A DNA stretch of 37,371 bases from Gemmatimonadota bacterium (GCA_039591175.1 JBDHED010000002.1:1-37371); one strand, 5' to 3'. Numbered from the stretch's first letter, positions 15,461 through 25,594 are shown. Notes: a model not told the origin generated them from the sequence alone. Numbers and translations: made by a program.

Positions 15461-16777
15461 ATGCCAGAGATCACAGTACCGGCAGACCAAGTCTTTCCGA
15501 TCCTCAGAAGCAACATCCTGGTGGACGGTTTCCATTTCGTGATCGATCTCGAGAACTCCCACGGGACGACGATGGTGAATGCCGTTACTGGGGAGGAGTA
15601 TCTCGATTGCTACTCCTACTTTGCGACTCTGCCAATCGGGCACAACCATCCGAAGATGAAAGACGAGGGTTTTCGAGCCTCGCTCTTGCGGGCCGCGCTC
15701 GCCAACCCCGCTAACAGCGATGTCTACTGCGGAGAGTACGCCGGGTTCGTCAAGACGTTCCGGGAGATCGCGGTTCCTGAGACCTTCGAGCACTTGTTTT
15801 TTATCGCGGGTGGCACACTCGCGGTCGAGAATGCCATGAAGGCGGCTTTTGACTGGAAAGCGCAAAAAAACCGCGACAAAGGAATCGACGGCGGTGCTGA
15901 CAAGGTCCTCCACTTTCGTGACGCATTCCACGGTCGGAGTGGTTACACGCTCACCGTTACAAACACCGACCCGACAAAAACCGATGACTATCCGAAGTTC
16001 GATTGGCCTCGCGTCTCCAATCCCAAGATCGAGTTCCCCATCGACGAACAAAAGATCGCTGCGGCTGAAGATCGATCCGTTGCCGAGATCGAGACTGCGT
16101 TTGAGCGTGATCCTCACGGAATCGCGGCGATTCTGATCGAGCCCATACAGAGCGAGGGCGGGGACAATCACTTTCGCCCGGATTTCCTCCACCGCCTACG
16201 GGGGCTCGCCGATCACCATGAGGCGCTGTTGATCTACGACGAAGTCCAGACTGGGATGGGGATTACGGGATCGATGTGGGCGTTTGAACAGCTCGGACCG
16301 ATCCCGGATATCATCGCATTCGGCAAGAAGAGTCAGGTGTGCGGAATGATGAGCACCGGTCGAATCGATGATGTAGAGAGCAACGTCTTTAAGGTGTCAT
16401 CCCGTATCAACTCGACGTGGGGTGGCAACTTGGTCGATATGGTCCGCTGTGCTCGTTATCTGCAGATCATAAAAGAAGATCGGCTGGTGGAGAATGTGGC
16501 CTGGGTCGGCAAGGTGTTCTTGGAGGGGCTCCAGGCGATCGAGGCTGACTTCGATATCGTGACCAATGCCCGCGGTCGAGGTTTTCTGTTGGCGATTGAC
16601 CTCCCGAACACAGCGCACCGAAGCCGAGTGCGAAAGGCGTGTTGGGAAGCGGGGTTGGCCACGCTGGCTTGTGGCCCGAGGTCGCTCCGGTTCAGGCCGA
16701 CGCTCACGTTCAGTGAGGTGGATGCCCAGCGAGCGATGACGATTCTACGCGGGGTTCTAGCACGCGAAGCGGAATGA
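15461..16777 (+). CDS. lat: L-lysine 6-transaminase (class III PLP aminotransferase)
   Basis: Collinear with actinobacterial LAT: NSDVY.., FFIAGGTLAVENAMKAAFDWK, FHGRSGYTL, EPIQSEGGDNHFRP, FDEVQTG, AFGKK(S/T)QVCG and NSTWGGNL. Confidence 0.9.
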   Translation: MPEITVPADQVFPILRSNILVDGFHFVIDLENSHGTTMVNAVTGEEYLDCYSYFATLPIGHNHPKMKDEGFRASLLRAALANPANSDVYCGEYAGFVKTFREIAVPETFEHLFFIAGGTLAVENAMKAAFDWKAQKNRDKGIDGGADKVLHFRDAFHGRSGYTLTVTNTDPTKTDDYPKFDWPRVSNPKIEFPIDEQKIAAAEDRSVAEIETAFERDPHGIAAILIEPIQSEGGDNHFRPDFLHRLRGLADHHEALLIYDEVQTGMGITGSMWAFEQLGPIPDIIAFGKKSQVCGMMSTGRIDDVESNVFKVSSRINSTWGGNLVDMVRCARYLQIIKEDRLVENVAWVGKVFLEGLQAIEADFDIVTNARGRGFLLAIDLPNTAHRSRVRKACWEAGLATLACGPRSLRFRPTLTFSEVDAQRAMTILRGVLAREAE

Positions 16778-17111
16778 AGTCGACGCGCACGCTTGTCGCT
16801 TTTGCTGTCGCGAGTGTCTTGACGGCGGGTCCTGCCATCGCCGTTCAGGAATCGGGCGCACTCGAGTGCGCTGATCGATCGATCGCGGATGGTTAGTCGA
16901 AACCGGAAAGCCGGAGGCGGACCCCCTCCCGATCGACGCCTCGGGAATGGTCGAGGATGCGCGTCCGCGTCAAGCAGCCGTCTGATCATTGCTGGGACCC
17001 GCCCGAAGTGCGTGTCGATGAGGGGTGGGTACGCTGGCGAGGGCCCGAGAGAGGGCCTTGGGTGTGGTATCATTCACGAGGGTGCTGAGTGACAATCACG
17101 ATGGAGTGCCG

Positions 17112-19952
17112 ATGAGCAAGCCGATAGCAAAACCGAGAGTGACCTCGGACGAGGAAGTGGAGAAGAGGGGCACGAGATGGATTTGGTCTTTCGCGGAGGG
17201 CGACGGAAAGAACAAGCGCCTACTTGGAGGAAAGGGCGCCAACCTCTGCGAGATGACCCAGATCGGGATCAACGTACCGCCGGGCTTTGTCGTCACCACG
17301 GAGGCCTGCCTCGCATATCTGGAATCTCCGCAGGGTGACCTGCCGCATGGGGTCATGGAGCAGGCGCGGGACGAGATGGCACGGCTCAAAGCGGCGACCG
17401 GAAAGGATTTTGGAAACCCCGACGATCCGCTGTTGGTCTCGGTGCGCTCTGGGTCCGCCCTGTCCATGCCGGGGATGATGGACACTATCCTCAATCTTGG
17501 TCTCAACGAGCAGAGCCTCGCCGGGCTGATCGCGCAAACCGGCGATCGGCGGTTCGGCTACGACGCGTATCGCCGGCTCATCCAACTGTTTGGCAAAGTC
17601 GCTTTTGGCATTCCGGACGAAAAGTTCGATGAACAGTTCGAGTCGGTGAAGGAGCTGGCGGGCGTGGAGTCCGATGTGGATCTCCAGGCCGAGGATCTCG
17701 AGGAAATAGTCCGCCGCTTCCTTCAGGTGGTGCGTAAGCAGACGGGCCGCCCATTCCCGAGTGATCCCTATGAACAACTTGAGATCGCGATCAAGGCCGT
17801 CTTTGGTTCCTGGATGGGGCGGCGGGCGGTCGAGTACCGACGTGAGTTCGGGATCACGTCCGAGATGGCCCACGGAACGGCGGCCAACGTCGTCGCGATG
17901 GTCTTCGGCAACATGGGGCCGGACAGCAGTACGGGGGTCGCCTTCACCCGTGACCCCGGGACCGGGGAGAACGCTCTGTACGGTGAGTACCTGGTGAACG
18001 CTCAGGGCGAGGATGTGGTGGCCGGGATTCGAACCCCCAAACCGATTCGGCAGATGGCTGAGGAAATGCCAGACATGTACGAGCAGCTGCTGGAGCTGCG
18101 CAGGAAGCTCGAAGAGCATTACCGCGAGGTGCAGGACTTCGAGTTCACGAACGAGCGCGGCATCCTCTACTGCCTGCAGACGCGCAACGGGAAGATGAAT
18201 GCGGTCGCGCGGGTCAAGACCTCAGTCGAAATGGTCGAGGAACGTTTGATCGATCGGGACGGCGCGCTTTTACGCGTGACCCCGGACGACCTCGAGCAGA
18301 TCCTATACCCCAGGATCGATCCCAGCTTTGAAGGCAACCCTCTCACGACCGGGCTCGGGGCTTCGCCGGGTGCAGCCTGCGGGCAGGTCATTTTTGACGC
18401 GGATCGGGCCCAGTTGCTGGGGCGACAGGGTGTCAACGTGATCCTGGTGCGCCAAGAGACGAAACCGGAGGACATCCATGGTTTTTTTGCAGCCCAGGGG
18501 ATTCTCACGAGTCGTGGCGGAGGGACCTCCCATGCCGCGGTTGTCGCTCGCGGAATGGGCAAGCCGTGCGTCGTCGGAGCTGAAGGGCTCATGGTGGACG
18601 AGGATCGCGCCCAAGCGATAAGCGCCGACGTCGTAGTGAAGGAGGGCGACACTATCACGATCGACGGCGCGGCCGGTCACATCTACCTGGGTGACGTACC
18701 TACCGTCGAGGCCGAGTTCTTCGACGAGCTGGACACGCTGTTGGCCTGGGCCGATGGCGCGGCCCGGCTCCAGGTGATGGCCAACGCCGACACGCCCGAG
18801 GACGCGTTGCGAGCGCTCAACTACGGAGCGATGGGCATCGGGCTCTGTCGCACCGAGCGGATGTTCAATGCGCCTGAGCGCCTCCCGATCGTGGTCGACA
18901 TGATCATCGCGGAGGACGACGAGCAACGAGCGGCAGCGCTCGGACGGTTGCTGCCGATGCAGCGGGCCGACTTTCGGGGGATCTTTGAGGCGATGTCCCC
19001 CCGACCGGTGATCATCCGATTGCTGGACCCGCCGATCCACGAGTTTCTTCCAGCGCGGGCGCGCCTGGAGGAGGAAATCGACCAGCTCCACCGGCTCCGA
19101 GACGCGTTGCGCGGGATGGACGTGCTGACGAGCACCATGAAGTCTCTGGAGGATCGAGCCTCCAAGACCGATGCCGGATTGTCGGACGCCGCTAGAGAGC
19201 TGGTAGACGTGCGACGCGTCGACCGCGTGATCGCACGCAAGGAGGCGATGCTGCGACGCTCTCAGGAGCTTCGTGAGACCAACCCGATGCTGGGACACCG
19301 AGGGGTGCGTCTCGGGCTCACCTATCCCGAGATCTACAAGATGCAGGTGAGAGCCGTGCTCGAGGCCGCGGCTGAGTGCTTGAAGGAAGGCGTTCGGGTG
19401 CGCCCGGAGATTATGGTCCCGCAGGTGTGCACGTCACAGGAACTGAAGCGGGTGAAGGAGTACGTGGAGGAAGCGGAAGCCGAGGTGCGCAAAGAGTACG
19501 GCGTGGCGGTCGACTTCGCGTTTGGCACGATGATCGAGGTGGTCCGCGCTTGCCTGCGTGCCGAGAGCCTGGCCGAGGTCGCGGATTTCTTCTCCTTCGG
19601 CACTAACGACCTGACACAAGCCGCCTTCTCCTTCAGTCGCGAGGACGCCGAGACGAAGTTCTTACCGCTCTACAACGATCGAGAGATCTTGCAGGACAAC
19701 CCGTTCGAGGTCCTGGACCGTATGGGCTTGGGTCGACTGATGGCGCTCACGGTGGAGTGGGGGAGATCGAAGCAGCCCGACCTGGAGGTCGGGATCTGCG
19801 GTGAGCACGGCGGCCACCCGGACTCCATCCGCTTCTGTCATGAGATCGGGCTCGACTACGTCTCCTGTTCGCCGCCACGCATCCCAGTGGCCCGCCTGGC
19901 CGCGGCGCACGCGAACGTCGGAACAGCCGCTACGTCGTCACCGACTCGGTGA
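17112..19952 (+). CDS. ppdK: Pyruvate, phosphate dikinase
   Basis: LLGGKGANLCEM, VSVRSGS..SMPGMMDT, catalytic-His region TSRGG(G)TSHAAVVARGMG, and C-terminal FFSFGTNDLTQ, CGEHGG. ATG 17112 has GGAG 5 nt upstream. Confidence 0.95.
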   Translation: MSKPIAKPRVTSDEEVEKRGTRWIWSFAEGDGKNKRLLGGKGANLCEMTQIGINVPPGFVVTTEACLAYLESPQGDLPHGVMEQARDEMARLKAATGKDFGNPDDPLLVSVRSGSALSMPGMMDTILNLGLNEQSLAGLIAQTGDRRFGYDAYRRLIQLFGKVAFGIPDEKFDEQFESVKELAGVESDVDLQAEDLEEIVRRFLQVVRKQTGRPFPSDPYEQLEIAIKAVFGSWMGRRAVEYRREFGITSEMAHGTAANVVAMVFGNMGPDSSTGVAFTRDPGTGENALYGEYLVNAQGEDVVAGIRTPKPIRQMAEEMPDMYEQLLELRRKLEEHYREVQDFEFTNERGILYCLQTRNGKMNAVARVKTSVEMVEERLIDRDGALLRVTPDDLEQILYPRIDPSFEGNPLTTGLGASPGAACGQVIFDADRAQLLGRQGVNVILVRQETKPEDIHGFFAAQGILTSRGGGTSHAAVVARGMGKPCVVGAEGLMVDEDRAQAISADVVVKEGDTITIDGAAGHIYLGDVPTVEAEFFDELDTLLAWADGAARLQVMANADTPEDALRALNYGAMGIGLCRTERMFNAPERLPIVVDMIIAEDDEQRAAALGRLLPMQRADFRGIFEAMSPRPVIIRLLDPPIHEFLPARARLEEEIDQLHRLRDALRGMDVLTSTMKSLEDRASKTDAGLSDAARELVDVRRVDRVIARKEAMLRRSQELRETNPMLGHRGVRLGLTYPEIYKMQVRAVLEAAAECLKEGVRVRPEIMVPQVCTSQELKRVKEYVEEAEAEVRKEYGVAVDFAFGTMIEVVRACLRAESLAEVADFFSFGTNDLTQAAFSFSREDAETKFLPLYNDREILQDNPFEVLDRMGLGRLMALTVEWGRSKQPDLEVGICGEHGGHPDSIRFCHEIGLDYVSCSPPRIPVARLAAAHANVGTAATSSPTR

Positions 19953-21513
19953 GACTCTGTTGTGGGTCTTCCTCTGAACGGATACCCTGCCAGCAAGAAT
20001 GAGGATTAAAGCGCAGGCTGTTCGTCGCCGTCAAGCCGTGGGACCACTGCCCGTCCTCCGTTAGCATGACCGGCTCACTGTTTGGCCCGAGTGGCCGGGA
20101 GCGCTCTCGGGCTCCGGTGATGACCTTCAGTTTTTCGGCGTCGAAACCCATCAGTTGGGTTGCACACCAATCGACCGATAGCGGGTTGTGCCCGGCGACA
20201 ATGGTACCGCTTTCCATGGGCGTCGGATTCATAGGCCCCTCACCCGCACCCCCGAGGATCCCGTCCAGAATGCTGAAGTAACGCCGGACGGGCGCATCTT
20301 GCAGCTGGCCCTCTCGGTCACAGTACAGGAGGATGGTGTTGAGATCTACGACCATGCGCCAACAAGTGTCATTACCCCACCAGTTTCCGTCTCGGATATT
20401 GCTGCCCAGCATGAAGCTGTAGAAGCGCTCGATCATCTTCTGGTTATGACCTGGGTGCGTCGTTGAGCTGTAGTGCTCAGCGTAGTACTTCTCGCCTCTG
20501 GGCTCCGGCAAAAGAGCGAGGAACCGTCGCAAGAGTGGGACGGCAAAACTCTCAGCTCGTGCCAACACTAGGTCGATGCCCGCACGAATCAGCCACTGCC
20601 GGGTCTTCTGTGTCCAGCCAGTTCTGTCCGGAAACTCGTCGCCGCCCTGAGCCGGCATGCCGATGCGATAGTGGGGCAGGAAGTTTTTGTCGACGTTGAT
20701 GCCGACGAGGTTTTTCATGCTCAGGGTGACACCCGTTTTCTTGTGCGTTTTGAGTTTACCCACGCAGAGTACAGCGTCGGCATCGAGGATATGCTGGCTC
20801 ACGCGGTACTCGTGACGGCCCCCGGTGTGATGCCGACGCGTAGTCTTGCGGTCGTAGTCGGCTCCGCCGACACGATGCATCAGATGCTCAACGTCACCAA
20901 ACGCGCTGGCCTGACCGACATCGACCACACGGCTAGCAGCCAATTGATCGGGATTGTAGCGTCGGCTAATCACCGCGCCGTCTCGTTGTACAACCGAGAG
21001 AAGACGCATGTCGATGAGACCGACATCATGCCCGTGTTCCTGATAGAACTGCAACAGTTCGTCGAGTTGACAGAGGCGTCTGATCTCATCAAAATCCGCA
21101 TCCTTCAAGGGAGCATCAGCGATTATCACGGTTCCCGCCGAGCCGGTGGCCTTTAGTGCGTAGTCTATTACCGCGCGAAGCACCGAACTGTGTGTCACGA
21201 CGCTGTCGTACGTCAGGTCAGAAAAGTGGGCATGGAGGACATAGTTCGGCTTCACCACGACCCGGTCACCCGGGCGTATGATGTCGCACAAGGGGTTCCA
21301 ATCAGCTGTTCCGTAATGAGTCGCATCGAGTTGCAGTAGACGGAAGCTATCGCGAACAGCGGTGTAGACGTGGTTCGGTTCGCTGCTGACGAAGTTCCGA
21401 AAGGCGTACTCGGGAAACGCAGTGTCCGGATGAAAGGGGGCCAGCGCGGGATAAACAGCCTCCCTCGCGCGTACGACCCCTACGTGAGGATCGAGGAGTG
21501 AGCTAGAATGCAT
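19930..21513 (-). CDS. DUF362 domain protein with a long C-terminal extension
   Basis: DUF362 hallmarks: GDRVVVKPN.., ADAP.., and KLKTHKKTGVTLSMKNLVG. ATG 21513 has an AGGAG upstream. The longer track ORF (to 21846) would overlap the divergent gene. The 3' end overlaps the ppdK 3' end by 23 nt. Confidence 0.75.
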   Translation of the reverse strand: MHSSSLLDPHVGVVRAREAVYPALAPFHPDTAFPEYAFRNFVSSEPNHVYTAVRDSFRLLQLDATHYGTADWNPLCDIIRPGDRVVVKPNYVLHAHFSDLTYDSVVTHSSVLRAVIDYALKATGSAGTVIIADAPLKDADFDEIRRLCQLDELLQFYQEHGHDVGLIDMRLLSVVQRDGAVISRRYNPDQLAASRVVDVGQASAFGDVEHLMHRVGGADYDRKTTRRHHTGGRHEYRVSQHILDADAVLCVGKLKTHKKTGVTLSMKNLVGINVDKNFLPHYRIGMPAQGGDEFPDRTGWTQKTRQWLIRAGIDLVLARAESFAVPLLRRFLALLPEPRGEKYYAEHYSSTTHPGHNQKMIERFYSFMLGSNIRDGNWWGNDTCWRMVVDLNTILLYCDREGQLQDAPVRRYFSILDGILGGAGEGPMNPTPMESGTIVAGHNPLSVDWCATQLMGFDAEKLKVITGARERSRPLGPNSEPVMLTEDGQWSHGLTATNSLRFNPHSCWQGIRSEEDPQQSLTESVTT

Positions 21514-21636
21514 CGAGCAATGAGCTCCTTTTCTGTGATCGTGTCCAGCGCTCAATATGGATGTGGTGGCCAGCGGACTCAAGCACGGTGGGTCCATCAC
21601 ATCGGACGGAATCAGTATGAGCACCGAGGTTGATCT

Positions 21637-22677
21637 GTGAACGGTTTGGCGGGGATCGACTGGGCGCCGCCCGGCAATTGGCGTCGGCTCACGACGATCG
21701 AAGCGCACACGGCCGGCGAGCCACTGCGCGTTGTGACCGGGGGCTTCCCCGAACTCCCGGGCGATACGATTCTCGCCAAGCGTCGCCACGCCCGCGAGCA
21801 CTACGACGATCTTCGAAAAACTCTGGTCCTGGAACCTCGGGGTCACGCCGATATGTACGGATGCGTGCTAACCCCGCCCGTGACACCGGATGGCGACGTC
21901 GGCGTATTGTTTTTTCACAACGAAGGGTTCAGCACGATGTGCGGTCATGGGATTATTGGGCTCGTCAAGGTCGGGCTGGATTGTGGTCTGATTGACGCGG
22001 ACGAAAAAGGTCGAATCCGGATCGATACGCCAGCGGGGAGGGTGTCAGCGTCGGCGTCGATCAAAAACGGCCGCGTAGTAGGTGTTTCGTTTCTCAACGT
22101 ACCTTCGTTCGTAATGGCGCTAGACGAAGTCGTCGATGTCGAGTCGCTGGGCCAAGTCCGTTTTGACGTGGCGTTCGGAGGCGCGTTCTATGCATACGTC
22201 GACGCTCCGTCGGTTGGACTTGAGCTCGGTCGAGGAAACACGCCCGAGATCATCGAGGCCGGTATGCGAATCAAGCGTGCAGTAGCAGACCGTCAGCTGA
22301 TCCGTCATCCGAGGGGCGAGCCCGATCTCGATTTCCTGTACGGGACGATCTTCGTTGAGCGGATCGAGGCGCGTGACGTCCATAGTCGTAACGTCTGCGT
22401 GTTCGCCGACGGTGAGGTCGATCGTTCGCCCACCGGCACGGGCGTCAGCGGTCGCGCCGCGATCCATCACGCGCGCGGGGAGCTGCCGACCGACGAGTGG
22501 ATCACGATCGAGAGTCTCATCGGAACGCAGTTCCAGGTTCGAGTTTATGAGACAACCGAAGTTGCCGGTGTTCCAGCCGTGGTGCCGGAAGTGCGCGGAA
22601 CGGCCCATATCACGGGCAGGAACGAGTTCTTGGTCGACCCCGACGATCCGCTGGCCGGGGGATTTCTACTGCGATAG
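21637..22677 (+). CDS. Proline racemase superfamily enzyme with a Cys/Thr catalytic pair, i.e. trans-3-hydroxy-L-proline dehydratase type
   Basis: IEAHTAGEPLRVV, first catalytic Cys in STMCGHG, and Thr replacing the second catalytic residue in DRSPTGTG. Confidence 0.8.
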   Translation: MNGLAGIDWAPPGNWRRLTTIEAHTAGEPLRVVTGGFPELPGDTILAKRRHAREHYDDLRKTLVLEPRGHADMYGCVLTPPVTPDGDVGVLFFHNEGFSTMCGHGIIGLVKVGLDCGLIDADEKGRIRIDTPAGRVSASASIKNGRVVGVSFLNVPSFVMALDEVVDVESLGQVRFDVAFGGAFYAYVDAPSVGLELGRGNTPEIIEAGMRIKRAVADRQLIRHPRGEPDLDFLYGTIFVERIEARDVHSRNVCVFADGEVDRSPTGTGVSGRAAIHHARGELPTDEWITIESLIGTQFQVRVYETTEVAGVPAVVPEVRGTAHITGRNEFLVDPDDPLAGGFLLR

Positions 22678-22723
22678 CGTGAGCGGTGTGCGCGACATTC
22701 GAACAATCCCGGGAGGATGTGAA

Positions 22724-25048
22724 ATGCGACGATTAATCCTGATCATACTGCTCGGTTTCGTCTCGTTGACGATCCCGGCGTCCACGATTGGTCAAGAGCC
22801 AGCCGCGGACGCTGTTGACCCGGCCCGAGTCACGCTCGAACGCCTGTTTGGAGAGGATAGGATTCAAGGGGACTTCCTCGGACCGGTACAGTGGCTCAAC
22901 GGTTCTGCCTACACGACCGTCGACCCGTCTCTGGACTTAGCCGGTGGACATGACATCGTCGAGCACGACGCCCGCACCGGTGGGAGCAGAGTCCTCGTAT
23001 CGGCGAGAGACCTGGTCCCCGAGAGCGCCGATCAGCCATTGGCGGTCCAAGGCTATACGTGGTCCGACGATTTTCGGAAGCTGTTGGTGTTCACTAATTC
23101 GCGCCGGGTATGGCGTGAGAATACGCGTGGTGATTTCTGGGTCTTCGATCGCGAAACCGGTGAACTCACCCAGCTCGGCGGTGATGCCCCGGCGTCGACC
23201 CTTATGTTCGCCAAGTTTTCACCCGACGCCAGCCGGGTCGGGTATGTCCGCGAGAACAATGTCTACGTCGAGACTCTGGCTACTGGCCAGATCGCACAGC
23301 TGACGACGGACGGTTCGCGCACGATCATCAATGGCACCTTCGATTGGGTCTACGAAGAGGAGCTAGACCTACAGGACGGTTGGCGTTGGAGCCCCGACGG
23401 CCAAAAGATCGCGTATTGGCAACTCGACGCTTCGGGTGTGCGCGATTTCCTGCTCATCAACAACACGGACTCGCTGTACTCGTACACGATCCCCATCCAG
23501 TACCCGAAAGCGGGCTCCACCAACTCGGCGGCCCGAGTCGGAGTCGTCGGCATTGACGATCAGACCACGCGTTGGTTGGATGTTCCCGGCGACGCGCGAA
23601 ACAACTACATCGCTCGAATGGATTGGGCTGCCAACTCGGACGAGGTAGTGATTCAACACCTCAACCGGTTGCAGAACACACTCCAGATCATGCTCGGTCA
23701 ATCTGACGATGGAGCGGTCAAGGCGGTCTATACGGAACGCGACAGCGCATGGGTCGATATGCGCGAGAACGCACTCGCGTGGTTGGGGGGTGGCGAGGAG
23801 TTCGTCTGGATCAGCGAGATTGACGGCTGGCGTCATGCGCACGTGGTTTCACGAGATGGCACTGTAGTACGCACACTGACTCCGGGCCCAATCGACATCA
23901 TAGCGGTTGAGAAGATCGATGTAGAAGGCGGCTGGCTCTACTACCTGGCTTCGCCGGACGACGCAGTGCATCGATACTTGTTTCGCGCCTCGCTGGACGG
24001 CTCAAGCGCACCCGAACGGTTGACTCCGATCGACCAGCCGGGGTCGCACAGCTACGACGTTGCCCCAGGCGGCGAATGGGCGATTCACACGTGGTCGTCG
24101 TTTGGGAATCCTCCCGTCACTGATCTGGTCCATCTTCCAGATCATGCCGCAGCGCGCACGTTGGTCGACAACACGGAGCTTCGAGCCTACGTGAATGGGC
24201 TCGATCGTGGGCCGATGGAGTTCTTCCAGGTCGATGCCGGTGACGTCACGCTCGACGGATGGATCATGAAGCCGCCCGATTTCGATGCCTCACAGCGCTA
24301 CCCGGTGCTGTTCTACGTGTACGGCGAGCCGTGGGGGCAAACCGTTCGTGACGCGTGGGGTGGCGGAGCTTACTTATGGCATCTGCTGCTCACCCAACAA
24401 GGGTATCTCGTCGCCAGCCTCGATCCGCGTGGCACGCCGGCACCGCGTGGTCGGGAGTGGCGCAAGACGATCTACAAGCGCCTCGGAACTTTGACTTCGG
24501 CCGATCTGGCCGCCGGTGTCAAAGAGGTGTTCGCGCAACCCTACGTGGACCCGTCGCGGGTCGCGATCTGGGGGTGGAGCGGTGGTGGCTCGCAGAGTCT
24601 GAACGCGATCTTCCGCTACCCGGATGTTTTCGGGACCGCGATGGCCGTTGCACCTGTCCCCGACATCCGCCTGTACGACACGATCTATCAGGAGCGGTAC
24701 ATGGGTCTCCCTCAGGACGAGCCAGAAGCGTATGAGAGCAGCTCGCCGCTCACGTTCGCCGACCGGTTGGAAGGCAATCTTCTTCTCGTCCATGGAACCG
24801 GTGACGACAACGTCCACTATCAAGGGACCGAGCGGTTGATCAACGCACTGGTAGAGGCCAACAAGCCGTTTAGTGTCATGGTCTACCCCAACCGGTCGCA
24901 TGGGATCTTCGAGGGCCAGAACACGACCCTCCACCTGTACTCGCTGTTAACCCGCTACTTGAAGCAACATGTGGAACCGGGACCAAAGCGGCGGGAAATC
25001 AGCTCGAGCCTGGGCGCAGGTGGACGGCGCCATAACGCCAAGCGATGA
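22724..25048 (+). CDS. Dipeptidyl peptidase IV family serine peptidase (S9B), secreted
   Basis: RBS GGGAGGA. Signal peptide MRRLILIILLGFVSL... DPPIV_N features (FSPD.., WSPDGQKIAY). Catalytic GWSGGG, then D (HGTGDDNV) and H (NRSHG). Confidence 0.9.
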   Translation: MRRLILIILLGFVSLTIPASTIGQEPAADAVDPARVTLERLFGEDRIQGDFLGPVQWLNGSAYTTVDPSLDLAGGHDIVEHDARTGGSRVLVSARDLVPESADQPLAVQGYTWSDDFRKLLVFTNSRRVWRENTRGDFWVFDRETGELTQLGGDAPASTLMFAKFSPDASRVGYVRENNVYVETLATGQIAQLTTDGSRTIINGTFDWVYEEELDLQDGWRWSPDGQKIAYWQLDASGVRDFLLINNTDSLYSYTIPIQYPKAGSTNSAARVGVVGIDDQTTRWLDVPGDARNNYIARMDWAANSDEVVIQHLNRLQNTLQIMLGQSDDGAVKAVYTERDSAWVDMRENALAWLGGGEEFVWISEIDGWRHAHVVSRDGTVVRTLTPGPIDIIAVEKIDVEGGWLYYLASPDDAVHRYLFRASLDGSSAPERLTPIDQPGSHSYDVAPGGEWAIHTWSSFGNPPVTDLVHLPDHAAARTLVDNTELRAYVNGLDRGPMEFFQVDAGDVTLDGWIMKPPDFDASQRYPVLFYVYGEPWGQTVRDAWGGGAYLWHLLLTQQGYLVASLDPRGTPAPRGREWRKTIYKRLGTLTSADLAAGVKEVFAQPYVDPSRVAIWGWSGGGSQSLNAIFRYPDVFGTAMAVAPVPDIRLYDTIYQERYMGLPQDEPEAYESSSPLTFADRLEGNLLLVHGTGDDNVHYQGTERLINALVEANKPFSVMVYPNRSHGIFEGQNTTLHLYSLLTRYLKQHVEPGPKRREISSSLGAGGRRHNAKR

Positions 25049-25093
25049 TCGCAGCCAGCGGTAGGTCCTCTTACATCGTACAGGAGGTAACAC

Positions 25094-25594
25094 GTGCAAA
25101 CGGAGAAGGCGACGTTCGGAGCGGGTTGTTTTTGGGGCATCGAGGTCACCTACGCCCAGATCGATGGCGTGACCAGCACGGCAGTCGGTTTTATGGGTGG
25201 GAAGGCTGAGAATCCATCCTACGAAGACGTCTGCACCGACACGACGGGGCATGCCGAGGTCGTTCAAGTCGAGTTTGACCCGCAGGCGGTCTCCTACGGA
25301 CAGTTGCTGGATGTGTTCTGGCGATCGCACGACCCTACCCAGGTCAACCGCCAGGGTCCCGATGTTGGAACCCAGTACCGGTCGGCTGTCTTTTTCCACT
25401 CGCCCGATCAGGAGGACATTGCCCGGAGATCGAAGGCGGAACTCGAGCGCGAGGGGCGGTTTAAGCGTCCGATCGCGACCGAGATCGAGCCTGCGGCGAC
25501 GTTTTACCGAGCCGAGGAGTATCACCAGCGATACCTCGAGAAGCGCGGGCTCGCGCAATGCACGGTCCCGGCGAGCAACGACGATCACGACTGA
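25094..25594 (+). CDS. msrA: Peptide-methionine (S)-S-oxide reductase
   Basis: GCFWG active-site motif, [12 protein letters not shown] and EYHQRYL. RBS AGGAGG lies 6 nt upstream of the GTG start. Confidence 0.95.
   Translation: MQTEKATFGAGCFWGIEVTYAQIDGVTSTAVGFMGGKAENPSYEDVCTDTTGHAEVVQVEFDPQAVSYGQLLDVFWRSHDPTQVNRQGPDVGTQYRSAVFFHSPDQEDIARRSKAELEREGRFKRPIATEIEPAATFYRAEEYHQRYLEKRGLAQCTVPASNDDHD

Noticed and set aside
15389-16192. 267-aa minus-strand ORF opposite lat
   Set aside because: lat on the plus strand is collinear with characterised LAT enzymes. The antisense ORF has no recognisable features.
17220-19298. Long antisense ORFs inside ppdK (17220..18119 and 18303..19298, minus strand)
   Set aside because: These are typical high-GC shadow ORFs opposite a strongly supported 946-aa conserved gene. 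They have Arg/Pro/Gly-rich composition and no recognisable motifs.
21514-21846. Long N-terminal extension of the DUF362 ORF
   Set aside because: It would overlap the divergent proline-racemase-family gene by more than 200 nt. The internal ATG 21513 has an AGGAG upstream and leaves a normal 123-bp divergent promoter region.
22355-22723. N-terminal extension of the DPP-IV ORF (track start 22355)
   Set aside because: It overlaps the 3' end of the hydroxyproline dehydratase-type gene. ATG 22724 has a strong RBS and is followed at once by a signal peptide.
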